Below are positions 1 through 14,450 of a stretch of 64,000 nucleotides of DNA, one piece after another. The notes below the pieces were generated by a model, which saw nothing but the letters and a program-made list of their open reading frames with translations, was not told the origin of the DNA and did no database searches. This DNA is from Octopus vulgaris (lineage: Eukaryota). Position 1 is the stretch's first letter, and each line of letters begins with the position of its first letter. A program made the position numbers and the translations under genes. The DNA lies in contig OX597830.1 of the NCBI GenBank assembly GCA_951406725.2, forward strand, positions 42,284,001 to 42,348,000, written 5' to 3'.

Positions 1-19
1 TTTGGATTTCAAAGCAGAA

Positions 20-410
20 TAGAGTATAAGCTGAGCTGGTTTGCCACAGACCTGTCTATAGACTCAAACCATAATAGCATCATATTAGGGTCAGAACAAT
101 ACAAGGGTCGCAGTCAGGTGTATTGATTAGATGTATGTGGTTTGTGTGTCATTAATTTGGTGCAGCTGTGTAGAATGTGACATGTTTGTTCTGTAGAATC
201 AGCATATGTTATGTGTGTAGAGTACATCTCTTGAGTAGTGGGGATCAAGTATAATATATGTTGTGTGGCTTGGGTTATTTTATTGAGTTCCTGTGCTGAA
301 TATATGACGGGGTGCTGTTTTAATTGTGCCCTTGAATTGAAAGCGCCTCACGGGGAGATGTGGGCTGTGTGTAATGTTATAAGCCCTAATACAGATAATG
401 TGGTTTTAAT
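20..410 (-). mobile_element. Possible very decayed LINE 3' fragment (I/Ingi-like C-terminus)
   Basis: Minus-strand translation gives 'EQTCHILHSCTKL...LRPLYCSDP', loosely like the CCHC/'QTxxHIxxC...LxPxDLWxxP' end of LINE ORF2; it contains stops. Confidence 0.25.
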
Positions 411-872
411 TGTATTTTATTCACCAGAAATTTTGAAGGCAAGGGATAATCGATTGTGTGAACCCCAAAATTTGATTAGTGCATTTATTTTTATCAACCC
501 TGGTACTTGACTATTATTTCATCAAACCTGGTACTTCACTGGTACTGATTTTCTTTAAACTTCTCTCAAAAGAGCTGTTCAATTGATTTCCATTGCTGAC
601 CAGATTCTCCTTGAAAATTTTATTGTTCATACCATCAAACACTAACATTTTATAGAATGCTGGGGTTGATATATCACTGGCCATGTTGTCAGATTGCTAG
701 AGAACTACAAGCATCTGACTACAGTCCAAGAACCTGATGCCCAAATTTGGTCTTTGCTTGATCCAGGAATGCATCTGTGTCAAAGACATGAGAATAACTT
801 TATTTTTGCTTTGTCTTTGGAGAATTACATCACTGGTGAATTGAAGTGAATAAAAATTTAGTGGTAGGGATG

Positions 873-913
<41 letters not shown>

Positions 914-1429
914 TTTTCAAATAGAGAACATCCAAGATTCCTAAAAATACAGCTTTTTAAGTTTGTTTTAAAAAACAAAGATATTAATGGCAAAGAAACC
1001 TACTTTTAAGTAAGGTTCCTCTCAAAAAAATTCCTCTATATCTAAAAAAAAAATGTGTATGATATATTCTTATTTAGCCAAGCAAGCCATTCTTTTTATA
1101 TTTTATATGTGTATGAGATTTACATTTTGTATTAGGCCTAATTATATGCAGAAACAGAATTTCAATTTAATGAAACAATGTCAAAAATGCATAATAAATT
1201 ACCTTAAAACTTTGATAAATTATGTAAATATAAAAAAAATTCTTGTCAGCATTATGAAAATTTAGTAGTTTTGAAAGTGTAAAAAGAGGTTTTTGAAAAA
1301 ACAAGCTGAAGTTTTATGTTACAATCAAGTTTAATGTGATTTAACTTGGCTTTATTAACACGTTCAATTATATCATGAACATGCATCATTATAATTAAAA
1401 CATTTTTATTATTTCTATTGATTGTATAG

Positions 1430-1858
1430 CATTAGCTGGCAGAATCATGAGCACAGCAAAATGTTTAGTAGCATTTCTTCTTTAGGTTCTGAGTCCAAAT
1501 TCCACTGAAGTTGACTTTGCCTTTCATCACTTTTGGGGTCAAAGAAATAAGTACAAATCAAGGACTGGGGTCCATATAATCAACTAGCCCCTCCACTAAA
1601 AGTAGCAAAAATTATTATTATTACTTTTGTTATCTCCAGGCGGCGAGCTGGCAGAATCATTAGCATGCAAGGTGAAATGCTTAATGATATTTCGTCTACC
1701 GCTATGTTCTGAGTTCAAATTCTGCCGAGGTCGACTTTGCCTTTCATCCTTTTGGGGTCAATTAAATAAGTACCAGTGAAACACTGGGGTTGATGTAATC
1801 GCTTTAATCCTTTCTCCCAAATTTGAGGCCTTGTGCTTCCAGTAGAAAGGATTATTAT
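1430..1858 (+). mobile_element. Two tandem copies of tRNA-derived SINE family A
   Basis: Head GGCGGCGAGCTGGCAGAATC, B-box-like GAGTTCAAATTC, conserved core GACTTTGCCTTTCATCCTTTtGGGGTC..TAAGTACCAG, (ATT)n tail. Copies at about 1430-1620 and 1638-1858. Confidence 0.85.
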
Positions 1859-2004
1859 TGTCATCTCCTGTCAAACTGTCCAATCCACAGACATTAAATG
1901 ATGATGAGGATGATGATGACAGGAACCAGTGATTTGCTAGAGAGTGGTTTACATAGCTTTCCCAGTTAAGTCTTTGGAAGCCTCTATACAGCTCCCCAAC
2001 TTGC

Positions 2005-2185
2005 TTGAAATAGCAAACAAATCACCCTCAAATCACATTCCACCATCTAAGAAAACAATACATTTGGAAAATGTAACCCTAAGTTCTTTGCACATAAGAA
2101 AAGAGATGTGCTGTCATGCCTGGATGGAATGGTTTTGGTCACAGGTCTGCTTGATCTTGGCTGATCTATAACTAAACAACAACAA
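2005..2185 (+). mobile_element. Dispersed repeat (family G, SINE-like 3' part ending CTAAACAACAAC)
   Basis: Similar sequence recurs at about 2480-2650 (+), 37645-37870 (-) and 39690-39750. Confidence 0.55.
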
Positions 2186-2776
2186 CATCAATTTACTAAT
2201 TCTTACTCCTGTGGTAAGAATAAGTGATCTTAACCCATGTATATCCCTGGTTGCGATTTCGCAATGCAGAACCTGCTCCTACTTGTTTGGACATGAACTC
2301 ACCAGGAAGAATCTGACCAAGAATACAAAATGTTCAGTTGGTAATCGACACCCATAGCTAACGACTGCATGCTGTCCTTCTCTTCCAGATTTTGAAAACT
2401 TACCATAACGTTTAATCTAAATACTGTGAAATTTTAAGACTTCATTTTTTTATGGGCATATATGGGTGAAGTGGTTGTTTGACTGCTGGAAACAGCAACC
2501 AAGAATGCATCAAATCTTATCTTGCTATTTTAAAGAAAAAGAATTTTGGATAGTGTAGTTCTAAATGCACTGTATCTGAAAATACGATGTGATAGTCATA
2601 GGTGGAAGGCTTTAAATTGTAGGTCTCCTCAATTAGGGATGTCATGAAGTGTTAGCAATATCATCTAGTTACATCTATCAAAACTGCTTCTGTGTGAAAT
2701 CACAATTATCAATAGTGACAATAGAGACAGCAGTGATATGGCTAACAGAACGACGACGACAACGACAATGACAACG

Positions 2777-2815
<39 letters not shown>

Positions 2816-3059
2816 GTTAATAGATATTTATTATTTCTAATAACTGAAATTATAAACTTTTCATTAGGTTTTGATGATTTAATGATTGATACAAAACCAT
2901 TTATTTAAACAGTCTTTTTTGATTGGGTGGGGGTTGAATAACAGGGTTTTCAATGTGAATCTAAATGAAACAAAAATATAAGAACGGTGCCTGAAAGAAA
3001 AAATTCAACATTATTGCAAAGAAAATTACAAAGCAAAAATTATAGCTTAAAGAAATATA

Positions 3060-3680
3060 AATGTCATCTTCATTATCACTGTTGTCATCATCATCATCAT
3101 CATCATCATTGTTATCGTCCAGATCATCATGTTTGTGATGACAATCTTCATTGTCATCATCACCAGCCTCATTGTCATCACCTGCATCATCATCATCATC
3201 ATCATCATCGTCATTACTGTCATAATCATCATCTCATTATCATCATCATCATCATCACCATCATCATTGTTGTCGTCTTTGTCATCGTCATTGTCATCAT
3301 CATCATCATCCTCATCATCATTGTTATTGTCCAGATCATCATGTTTGTGATGACAATCTTCATTGTCATCATCACCAGCCTCGTTGTCATCACCTGCATC
3401 ATCATCATCATCATCATCACCATCATCATCGTTGTCGTCTTTGTCATCGTCATTGTCATCATCATCATCATCATCCTCATCATCATTGTTATCATTCAGA
3501 TCATCATGTTTATGATGACGGTCTTCATTGACATCATCACCAGCATCATCATCATCATCACCATCATCATCATCGTCATTACTGTCATAATCATCATCAT
3601 CATCATCATAATCACCATCATCGTCGTCGTCGTCGTTGTTGTTATCATCATCATCATCATTGTTGTCGTTGTCCTCATTG
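3060..3680. repeat. (CAT)n-derived complex tandem repeat with higher-order units
   Basis: Unit 'ccagatcatcatgtttgtgatgacaatcttcattgtcatcatcaccagcctc' recurs near 3119, 3331 and (diverged) 3497. Confidence 0.9.
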
Positions 3681-4059
3681 TTTTTTATGTTTGCCTTTTC
3701 TGTGCCTTTTTTTCTTTGTTCTTATGCCTGTATCCTCTGGTAAGATGCTCCTTCTCAATGCCTCGACTGACTTTTTCGATAAGGTGCTTCATTCCATGTC
3801 TTTCCACACGAATCTGATGTCAGATAATTTCATTTATTGAAAGACTTAAACAATGACATCATAGCTGAAGTGGTGTCGTTGTGAAGATGTGCAGAGACAA
3901 ACACACAGAGACACACATGCATGAACACACAACCTCTTGTCATACGCACACATACACTCCTGTACATACACCCATATCTTCAGCAAGACACTTGCTCCTC
4001 TACCTCTATCCTAGTTCCTTAACCCCTGAGCCTATATCCTGCTCAGTTGATAGGTCTTA

Positions 4060-4245
4060 TCTTACATGCACTCGGTGACCTCACTGGTGCTGGTACCACA
4101 TAAAAGCACCCACTACGTTGTGGCTGGTGTTAGAAAGAGCATTCATTTGTAGAAGCCATGCCAAAATGTAGAACCTGGCTGAGTCCTCTGGCTAGTCTGT
4201 TCTTTTCAAACCATTCAACCAATGTCAGCATGGTAATAAAGGATG
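4060..4245 (+). mobile_element. RTE 3'-UTR-like repeat (family C)
   Basis: Matches the 3' end of the RTE copy at 43545-43730 (TAAAAGCACC..TTAGgAAGgGCATcCA..CAaCCCATGCcAGCATGG). Other copies near 8910-9075(-), 20240-20415, 27865-28040(-), 34570-34790, 36165-36390, 49435-49645, 59625-59750, 62835-63000. Confidence 0.75.
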
Positions 4246-4249
4246 TTAA

Positions 4250-4664
4250 CCCTTTAATATTTAAACCAGTCATATTTGTTTTATGTTTGAACAAGCCAGT
4301 TCTGACCTCTCACACTTACCCTACAATGTCATTGTAAAAATTTATACAATCACTTCACTGAAATTTCAAAGCTGCAAGATGATGCAGGATTAATCCAAAA
4401 CAATGTGAATAAATAAGTATTACATTTACTCTTTTACTCTCTTTTACTTGTTTCAGTCATTTGACTGTGGCCATGCTGGAGCACCACCTTTAGTCGAGCA
4501 AATTGACCCCAGGACTTATTCTTTGTAAGCCTAGTACTTATTCTATCAGTTGCTTTTGCCGAACCACTAAGTTACAGGGATGTACACACACCAGCATCTG
4601 TTGTCAAGCGATATTGGGGAGACAAACACTGACACACAAGCATATACACACGCATACGTATATG

Positions 4665-4696
<32 letters not shown>

Positions 4697-4889
4697 TACG
4701 ACAGGCTTCTTTCAGTTTCCATCTATCAAATCCACTCACAAAGCTTTGGTCGGCCCAAGGCTATGATAGAAGACACTTGTCCAAGGTGCTATGCAGTGGG
4801 ACTGAACCCAGAACCATGTGGTTGGTAAGCAAGCTACTTACCACAAAGCCACTCCTACGCCATTTGACAATAATCTGAACACTAGAGGT
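4250..4889. mobile_element. piggyBac-like MITE interrupted by a SINE
   Basis: Starts TTAA|CCCTTT, body homologous to 5491-5712, ends ..CTGAAcaCTAgAGG|tTTAA. A family B SINE is inserted at 4428-4860 with CATTT repeated on both sides. Confidence 0.75.
4428..4860 (-). mobile_element. tRNA-derived CORE-like SINE family B (octopus OR-like), full length
   Basis: Minus strand GGCGtAGGAGTGGCTtTGTGGTAAG..GGGTTCAGTCCC, CORE-like ACCTTGGaCAAGTGTCTTCT, internal (TA)n/(TG)n tract, (GTAAAAGA)n tail. Confidence 0.85.
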
Positions 4890-4924
4890 TTAAATGATGA
4901 TGATGATGATGATAATGATGATGA

Positions 4925-4958
<34 letters not shown>

Positions 4959-5490
4959 GGTGGTGGTGGTAGTGGTGGTGATGATGATGATGATATAAAT
5001 ATATATATTATTCAAATTATGCAATAGAAGCCTCTCTAAACTAAAATCTATAACATATTTAATGTATTTGTGTCTTGTTGAAAAGCCAGAAGCTACAGTT
5101 TATCTATGAAATCCCTTTATAGATGTAATGTGTTAAAAAGCATAATATACTTCACCTTGAAAGTGACTGTGAGATTGACAGATACACATTTCACCGTTGT
5201 TGCAGCTTATCAATATTATATGTACAAAGTCAAAAGAATTATTAGATATAAATTTTACATTTATTTATATTCTGTTGACCTTTATGTGGGGCTAATTATT
5301 CTACTTGTTTTAATTTTTTTTAGTAGTAATTTTCATTGTCTGTCCTCTAACTTTGAATTTTGGCTTCCTGTACTCTTGATATTTTCTGATTTTCCATCAC
5401 ATGAAGTGCACATGTGACTGTGTAGTTTAGGAGTTTGCTTCATGGGCATGTGGTTTCAGAGTCATTGTCACTGTGACACTATATCATTAA

Positions 5491-5882
5491 CCCTTTAGCA
5501 TTCAAACTGGCCATATCTCGTCCAGATATTCTGTTTTATTTCTATGTTCAAACTGGCCAGATCCAGTCCCTTACACCTGCCCTACAATGTTATTCTAAAA
5601 ATTAAACTATCACTTCATTGAAACCTCAAAGCTATGAGATAATGCATAATTAATTCAAAACAATGTGACCAAATAAGCATGACATTTGACAGAGTAGTCT
5701 GAATGCTAAAGGTTAAACTGGCCACATCCATCCCAAAATATTCTACTTGTTTTATGTTCAACCAAGTTAAATCTGACCTCTCAAACCTACCCTATAGCAT
5801 CTTTGTAGGTAATGAATGATGAACTCAAGTGACTGTAAATAAAAAGCATTATGTTCAACAGAGTAAGATGATTGCCAAAGGG
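5491..5882. mobile_element. piggyBac-like MITE, one complete copy plus an adjacent partial copy
   Basis: TTAA|CCCTTTAGCATTCA ... TGAATGCTAAAGG|TTAA (5491-5712). A second diverged copy runs to ..CAAAGGG|TTAA at 5882. Confidence 0.8.
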
Positions 5883-7604
5883 TTAAGTCAACCAAAACTT
5901 TGTTAGAGAAAATCAACAGAAGGAAACTATGAGGAAGCTCTCCAGAAGAAACAAGAGTCTTGAGGATGATAGTCTTAATCTGTTGCCAGATTTAACACCA
6001 TCATCTGTCTCTTTGATGACTTTAGCAGAGTCCACCCAGTTGCGAGCATTCAGAGTTTCCAATTTGAGGATAACTTTCTCTCACTTTCGTATCAGTTATG
6101 GAAGTCCTGAAAAGAGACAAGGGTATTGCCCATCTTTCTCTGGCCAAGGTACCCTGGCCCATCTATATACACACATACACACACATACATACGTACGCAC
6201 ACACACACACACAAACACATTCATACATTTATATATGCATACATATAACATACACATGCATGTGCGCACACAGACACACATGCACACACACATATATTCA
6301 TACATTTACATAGACATACATATACACAAATGCACACACACACATGCGCATGCATGCACGCACACACATGCACGCACACACATGCACCACACACACACAC
6401 ACACACATCACAAAGCATAATTTTCACAGTATAACAAAACCAAAAAAAAAACGAAGAGAAAAATTGTCTGCCATAAAAATCTGTTAAAAGGCATCTGTAT
6501 AATATTGAAACCTGTTTATCTACGTTGCATATAATTACTTGAAAAGACAAAGATAGGAAACTACTTGTTGTGCCCTTCAGAACAAAATCTATGGAAATAT
6601 AATCAAATCAAATAATAGAAGGAGAAATCTCCCTGAAAAACAAACACGATTTGCATAGATATAATATGAATAATATTTATTATAATCATACGAGAGAGAG
6701 AGAACAGAACTATTGTATTGTAAAAGAAATGGCTGTCGCAGGAATCCATGTGACATTGAAATCTGTCTAAACAACACAAAAATATAACCACTTCAAAAGA
6801 CTTAGACAGAACTACCTGTTATTACTCCCAAATACATAAAGATGGGATAATAATCACATCAAAGAACAACAAAAGAACAGTAGCAAAAAAAAAATATGCA
6901 GCAACAAAAGAACTCCCTCTAAAATCAACATAATTTGTATAAATATAATATAACTTGAATGATATTTTTATTATAAATATAGATAAATTCTCTTTAAATT
7001 ACAGTATAAACAGCATTAAAAAGCTATAAATTCAATCATAAAAGATAAAAAAAAAATGTTTTTTAGCATATCTCTTGTTATTTACTCATTATGAAAACTT
7101 CAACTCATTTATGGCAAGTTGTTTTATATAAAATTTTAATAACACTTTTATTTATATTTTATTTTATTTGTTACAGACAATTCAATTAATAATTCTCAGA
7201 GAAAAAGCAAATTTTTTTCTTTTAAAATATTGTCAATAGAATCGTACATGAATTTGTTTATCAAAATTGGGTTTTAAAGGTTGCCAAATTGTTTGATCTT
7301 TAAAAGCTGTTTTGATTTATGCCTATTAGCAAGAGGAGTGGAATGATATTCAAGTAGAGTGAAGAGCTGTCGTTATTTTAGGGTGTCCCATCTGTAATCA
7401 GTTAGTTATTACATTCACATAGTTTTTGAGATGAATTCCCTTACATATTTTAAATCATTTTGTATGTATATACTTATTAACAGAAGTAGACTTGTCAAAA
7501 ACAGTGGACCACTAAATTAAATGCTTGAAAGTATTTTCATTTTCCTGCATTTTCATATTTTGAGTTCAAAAAGAGCACAGATGTTCAGCCACCCTCATCC
7601 TACC

Positions 7605-7935
7605 AGATGCTATTTAGAAGAATGTACAAGCCTCACTCATGAATTTAAAGACTGATATAATCAACATCTGTACTCTCTTAGGTTCAAGAATAAGCTAAAT
7701 GAACTCTCCTACTCTTTCCTGTTTCATTTGGAAGCTTAAGAACCAAGGACATAAGTACTCCATTATAACCTAGAACATTATTGATAGGGTCCCTCCATAT
7801 TCTGGTAGATTGTGTAGCTACTGGTATAGCTACCACTATCTGAGAAACTGCATATCCTTAGGCATCTTGCTGTTTCCCTCAACAGAAAATCTGAAGTGAT
7901 TTATTATTATCATCACAGACAAGTATTTGTCATGG
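7605..7935 (+). pseudogene. Decayed Penelope-like GIY-YIG endonuclease C-terminus (Naiad-like pattern)
   Basis: Pieces translate as EFKD*YNQHLYSLRF / FIWKLKNQGHKYSI..*NIIDRVPPYSGRLC / LSEKLHIL..SLNRKSEV, fitting the FKxRYxxH..IWxLK..CxLC..EK..LNxRSE pattern; with stops and frameshifts. Confidence 0.6.
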
Positions 7936-8005
7936 GTCAGTTCCAATAAACAGGATACACACACACACGCGCGCACACACACATGTATGTGTATATATAT
8001 ATATA

Positions 8006-8193
8006 TGACGCCATGATAGATCGTTAGCTACTACACGCATTTTTCTCTCCTTGTTTTTTTCTGTGTATCTTTCTGTGGAAGAGCGTAGGCTCAAAATGTA
8101 AAAGACTTTTTCTATTCCTGAGCGCTATACTAATACATTTGTTTGTTTGTACACCACCTGCCTTCGTCTTTTGTTTATTTTCATAAACTTTCC

Positions 8194-8197
<4 letters not shown>
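8006..8197 (+). mobile_element. Solo Penelope pseudo-LTR with HHR-like motif
   Basis: Closely similar to the reverse complement of 53681-53890; contains CTGTGGA-A-GAGCgtagGCTC-aAAAtGTA; flanked by (TA)n. Confidence 0.8.
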
Positions 8198-8256
<59 letters not shown>

Positions 8257-8259
8257 CAT

Positions 8260-8585
8260 AGGTGCGAACATGGTTGTGTGGTAAGAAAGTTGCTTCCCAA
8301 GCACATGGTTCTAGGTTCAGTCCTGCTGTATGACACTTTGGAAAAGGGTATTCTACTGTAGCTCCAGGTTGAACAATGCCTTGTAAGTAGATTTGGCTGA
8401 TAGAAATTAAAAGAAGTTCAACCTCTATGTGTGTGTGTGTGCCTTGACATGATGTGATAGTTGTAAACAAGCATCACTGTCATGTGAGTGATGCCCTTCA
8501 TTTTCAGTATTTGCTGAAGGTATGTCAGGTATTGGAAAATATTACCTTGTTTGGAAACAGGTAAGGGTTGGTGACAGGAAGTTCA
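8260..8585 (+). mobile_element. SINE with family B head and a different (family H) 3' part
   Basis: B-type tRNA/CORE head, then CTTGACAT..GTGATAGtTGTAA..GGAAACAGGT.AGGGTTGG; the same 3' part recurs at 24345-24580. Confidence 0.65.
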
Positions 8586-9101
8586 GCAAGTTCCATCCAT
8601 CTGCATCTGAAAAGTTTTCATCAATCTCCATGTGTCTGCCACATATAGTAATGGGGATGAACCACATGTAGCATTTACACAGTCTTTTTGTTGCTTCTAT
8701 ATCTCTTTTATATTTTACTTGTTTCTGTCACTAGACTTTGGCCATGCTGGGGCACCACCTTGAAAACATTTTCTGTGTTCCTATTCTATTGGCTCTTTTA
8801 CCAAACCACTAAATTATGGGAACATAAATTCACTAATGCCAGTTGTCAAATGGTGGTAGGGGACATACACGCTCATACACACATCATCATCATCATCATC
8901 ATCATCATTCTTTAATGCCCGTTATCCATAGTGGCATGAGCTAGATGGGTTGACTGGAGCTGGCAAGCCAGAGAGCTGCACCAGGTTCCAGTCTGATTTC
9001 GCACTGTTTCTATGGGTGGATGCCCTTCCTAATGCCAACCATTTTGCAGTGTATGCTGGGTGCTTTCAATGTGGCACTGGCACGAACATGACATTCACAT
9101 G

Positions 9102-9152
<51 letters not shown>

Positions 9153-9208
9153 ACACACACTCACACACACACACACTCACATATGTATGTATGCATATAT
9201 ATATATAT

Positions 9209-9565
9209 TAGTACAAGTAGAAACATATATTTTTTCAATGCATAAGTACTGATACAAAAGCATATATAGGACAAAATCCTTATGGAGCAGAAAAATCTGA
9301 CAGCAAGTAGCCATGAGACTTGAAGATGAATTTATAAATTCTAAATTGCAAAAGAATTTGTCTGTAAAGCAGTTTAGCTTAAATGGTAAAACCCTTTGAC
9401 CAGAAATTGAAGAGATGTGAGTTCGAGTCTCATGGCTGTCTGCTGACAGATTTTTGTTTTCTGTAAGGATTTTATCCTATATATGCTGTTCTATCGGTAT
9501 TTACGCGTTGAAAAAATATATCTTTTTATTTGTACTACAATACATTTCAGTGCCTCAAAAACAAA
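9209..9565. mobile_element. tRNA-headed short element in inverted-pair configuration
   Basis: 9209-9324 is the reverse complement of 9422-9537. A tRNA-like segment lies at 9369-9440 (A box TAGCTTAAATGGTA, T-arm GTGAG-TTCGAGT-CTCAT). About 28 nt extend on the right side only. Confidence 0.7.
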
Positions 9566-9593
9566 CTACTTTGTTTATATATGACATATATAT

Positions 9594-9847
9594 ATTCTTT
9601 TACTTGTTTCAGTCATCTGACTGTGGCCATGCTGGAGCACTTCCTTAAAGGGTTGGGTTTTTTAGTTGAAGAAATCGACCCCCCAGGACTTATTCTTTGT
9701 ATGCCTAGTACTTATTCTAGTGATCTCTTTTGCCAAACCGCTAAGTTTTGGGGATGTAAACACACCAACATCAATTTTCAAGGGATGGTAGGGGACAAAC
9801 ACAGACACAAAGACGCACATACGCACACATACACACACACATACACA

Positions 9848-9912
<65 letters not shown>

Positions 9913-10230
9913 ATACATACATACGATAGGTTTCTTTGAGTTTTTATCTACCAAATCCACTCACAAGGTTTTGGTCAGCCCGAGGCTGTAAAGTAGAATA
10001 CACTTGCCCAAGGTGCCATGTAGTGGGACTGAACCTGGAACCATGTGTTTGGGAAGCAAGCTTCTTACCACACAGCCATGGCTTCTTTCAGTTTCTGTCT
10101 ACCAAATCCACTCACAAGGCTCTGGTTGGCCAGGGCTATAGTAGAATACATTTGCCCAAGGTGCCATGCAGTGGGACTGAACCTAGAACCATGTGGTCAT
10201 GAAGCAAGCTTCTTACCACACAGCCACATC
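9594..10230 (-). mobile_element. SINE family B with tandemly duplicated head
   Basis: Full copy 9594-10080 followed by a second head segment 10081-10230. Confidence 0.85.
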
Positions 10231-10607
10231 TATGTCATTGTATATAACACAATTTATGGCAGAACATTAACAGTTTATATCAAATTTAACACAAGCATCC
10301 TTAAAACTGGCATTGAGGAAAATAAATTTAATGAAAATACTGTGAATAAGGATAAAGAATTTTCCAATCTAAAAATAATTCTCCCACTGGAATCCCTAAA
10401 TTTCCCTTGGAACATTTCAATTTTCTCCCTGGAGTGAATTTTCCCCAGAGTTTTAAGAATTACTGATTGAAACAGTTTCATAATTTTTAGATAAATTACA
10501 CAGAATTTACTTACCAATTCTTTTGTGTTGTTTTGCTTTCGAGGAATTAAAACCTATTTCAAAAATTTATTTATTCAAAACATTGATTTTGTTTATTAAG
10601 TTGTTTT

Positions 10608-10659
<52 letters not shown>

Positions 10660-11414
10660 TATTTCTTTTAAACTGCTTTATATTCATTGCTATTTGAGAA
10701 ATAACAAGAGCAACAGCAATTGTAGCAGCAACAACGCAACAAGGCCACCATCACCATCATCATCACTACCAACATTGCCAGCAACAACAGCCACAACAAC
10801 AACAACAACAACACCAACAACAGCATAACCACCACTGCCATGACAGCTAACAACAACTGCAAAATGCAACATCAGCAACCACCACTATCATCACCATTGT
10901 TGCTGCCATCACAACCGCCACTGCCACCAACACTACCACTATCACCATCACCGCTGCCACTACCATTCCCAGAACTACCACCACCACTGCCACTGCCACT
11001 ACTATAAACACTAACAAGAAGAGGAGCAAAAAGAAACAAACTTGAATATTTGAGAATATACAAACTACCATTTTTTTTTCAATATTTGAATGTTTTTGAA
11101 ATGCTTCTGAAAAGATGAAAGAAAAGAAAGCAAAAACAATGGTTTCAAATTTTGCCACAAGGGCAGCAATTTGTGGGGAAAGGAACGAGTCAATTACATC
11201 GTATTTTATCGATCCCAATTGGGTGAAATTATAAAACTGGCACTGAGATCATACAGGCATGGCCAAATGTTTAAAAAGCTTGCTTTGCAATCATGGAATC
11301 TTATGTTTGATGCCTTTCTGTGGCACCTTGAGCAAGTTTTTTCATGTGTAACTTTGGGCAAAACTGAGTCACGGGAGAGAAATTGTGACACAGAATCTGC
11401 TTGAGTATTATACT

Positions 11415-11630
11415 GGTTTCAAATTTTGGAACAAAGCCAGCAATTTTAGGGGAGGGGGTAGGTTGATTACATCAGCCTCAGTGTTCAACTGGTACCCATT
11501 TCATTGACCCCGAAAAGGATGAAAAGCAAATTCGACCTCAGTAGAATTTGAACTCAGAATGTAAAGACAAATGAAATGTTGATAAGTATTTTGCCCAGTG
11601 TGCTAATGATTCTTCCAGCTCACTGCCTTG
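11415..11630 (-). mobile_element. SINE family A
   Basis: Reverse complement of the core (GACCCCGAAAAGGATGAAAaGCAAA..GAATTTGAACTCAGAA). Confidence 0.8.
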
Positions 11631-11842
11631 AGTATTATATCCTGTCTGAGGAATACCCTGCCATCTAAATTATAATTTAGCCAATAGATATTAGGCTGGA
11701 AAACCCTTTTGGATAAAAAAAGTTGGTCCAATGGTAGAAAATCTGTCATGTTTAGAGGAGATGTTGGTTCAAGTCCAACAAACACCTTTGACTTTTTCTA
11801 TCCAAAAGAGTTTTTCAACCAAATATTTCCATAAATCTAGAC

Positions 11843-12222
11843 ACAGGCATGGCTGTGTGGTAAGAAGTTTGCTTCCCAACCCTATGGTTCAATTTTCAGT
11901 TTCACTGCATAGCATCTTTTGCAAGTGTTTCCTGCTGTAGCAGCCTCTGCCAACTAAAGCCTTGTGAGTGAATTTGGTAGATGGAAACTGAAAGAAACCT
12001 GTTGCATGTGTGTGTGTGTCTTTGTGTCTGTGTTTGTTTCCCACCACTGCTTAACAACCAGTGTTGGTGTGCTTACATCTCTGTAAGTTAGCAGTTCGGC
12101 AGAAGGAGACCAATAGAATAATTATCTGGAAAAATTACTGGGGTCAATTCATTTACTAAAAGAATTCTTCAAGGTGGTGTCCCACCATAGCTGTAGACTG
12201 AAACAAGTAAAATATAAAAGAT
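11843..12222 (+). mobile_element. SINE family B (diverged)
   Basis: GGCATGGCTGTGTGGTAAGAAG head and GACTGAAACAAGTAAAA tail. Confidence 0.8.
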
Positions 12223-13439
12223 ACTGCTATATATAGCTTTATGTGCTTCAAGATTCACTATTCCAAAACAAAACAATAAAAAAAAAAATTGAATTATTTC
12301 TCAAAGCGAAAAATAGAATTATTTCTTATTCTCGTGATAGTTTAGAAAATTCTTATGATGTCAACAACATACAACTCTTGCTGGTAAGAATAAAGTTTCT
12401 AAAATGAATAAAGAAATTTCAAGGATTGCTTTTGTACAATGGTAGAACATCAATCATGGATACAGATGTGGATCCAAGTCCAATGGCTGTTTTTAACCTT
12501 TTTTTTTTTTTGGTTCCAAAGGAGTTTTCAACCCCATATTTGCATGTTATTATTTATAGCTTTATCATCTGCTTTGAGATCCACTATTCCAAAAAAAAAA
12601 ATAAAAAAAATAAAATTATTTCGCATCACTGTCTTTCATCAAGTTTATTTGACTGCTATTTCTATTTCCTTGTGGAGCAGTTATTGACAGGAAGGGCATC
12701 CAGCTGTAAAAAAAAATAATTGCTCTGACAGAACTCATTTGTCACATAGAAGTATCTAAAAATGGATAGGAAACAGGGAAACAAAAATAAAAATCTTTAT
12801 GTTGATAGATATATAAAGAGTGAAGTTAGGCATTTGGAGTTTGTGTATATTTTTCTATATAGATTGACAGAAATATCATTAAAAAATAATGTCCATTTTG
12901 TACCTCGTTTGGCTTTCCTTTCCTTGGTAAATGGCATTAAATATTAGAGATTTGATGCATTATATTGAGCCTACGACTGCTACCATCATCATTGTCATTA
13001 AGATTCTTCCCCCCCACCCAATCAATCCTCTTCCTCCTTCTCAGAGTCGTCATCATTATTATCATCATCATCACCACCACCATGACGATGATGATGGTGA
13101 CAATGACGACGACAACAACCAATATCGTCATCATCATCATCATCATCATCATCATCGTCTTCATCGTTGTCACCAACACCAACACCGGCAACACCAACAC
13201 TACCACCCTCATCATCACTACCGACAAAAAAAAACCTATCATCACCATCAGTCCATTATTTTTTTCAGTTCCAAGATACATTTGTCACATCTGTATATCT
13301 GCAATGTTATGTATATATGAGGTCATGTATGTATACATACACACATATAATCACAAATATGTATACACGCATATATGCCCATATATGCACAGATATAGTT
13401 TGATTTAAATCACCCTCTCCCTTAGTCTATCTCTATTTT

Positions 13440-14450
<1,011 letters not shown>

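Noticed and set aside
2987-3817. 276-aa ORF with poly-His and Ile/Val runs
   Set aside because: Translation of (CAT)n-derived repeats that lack stops; no domain or splice evidence.
12341-12389. Possible micro-exon (AG...CTG|GTAAGA)
   Set aside because: Weak polypyrimidine tract, no recognisable peptide and no partner exons; needs RNA-seq.
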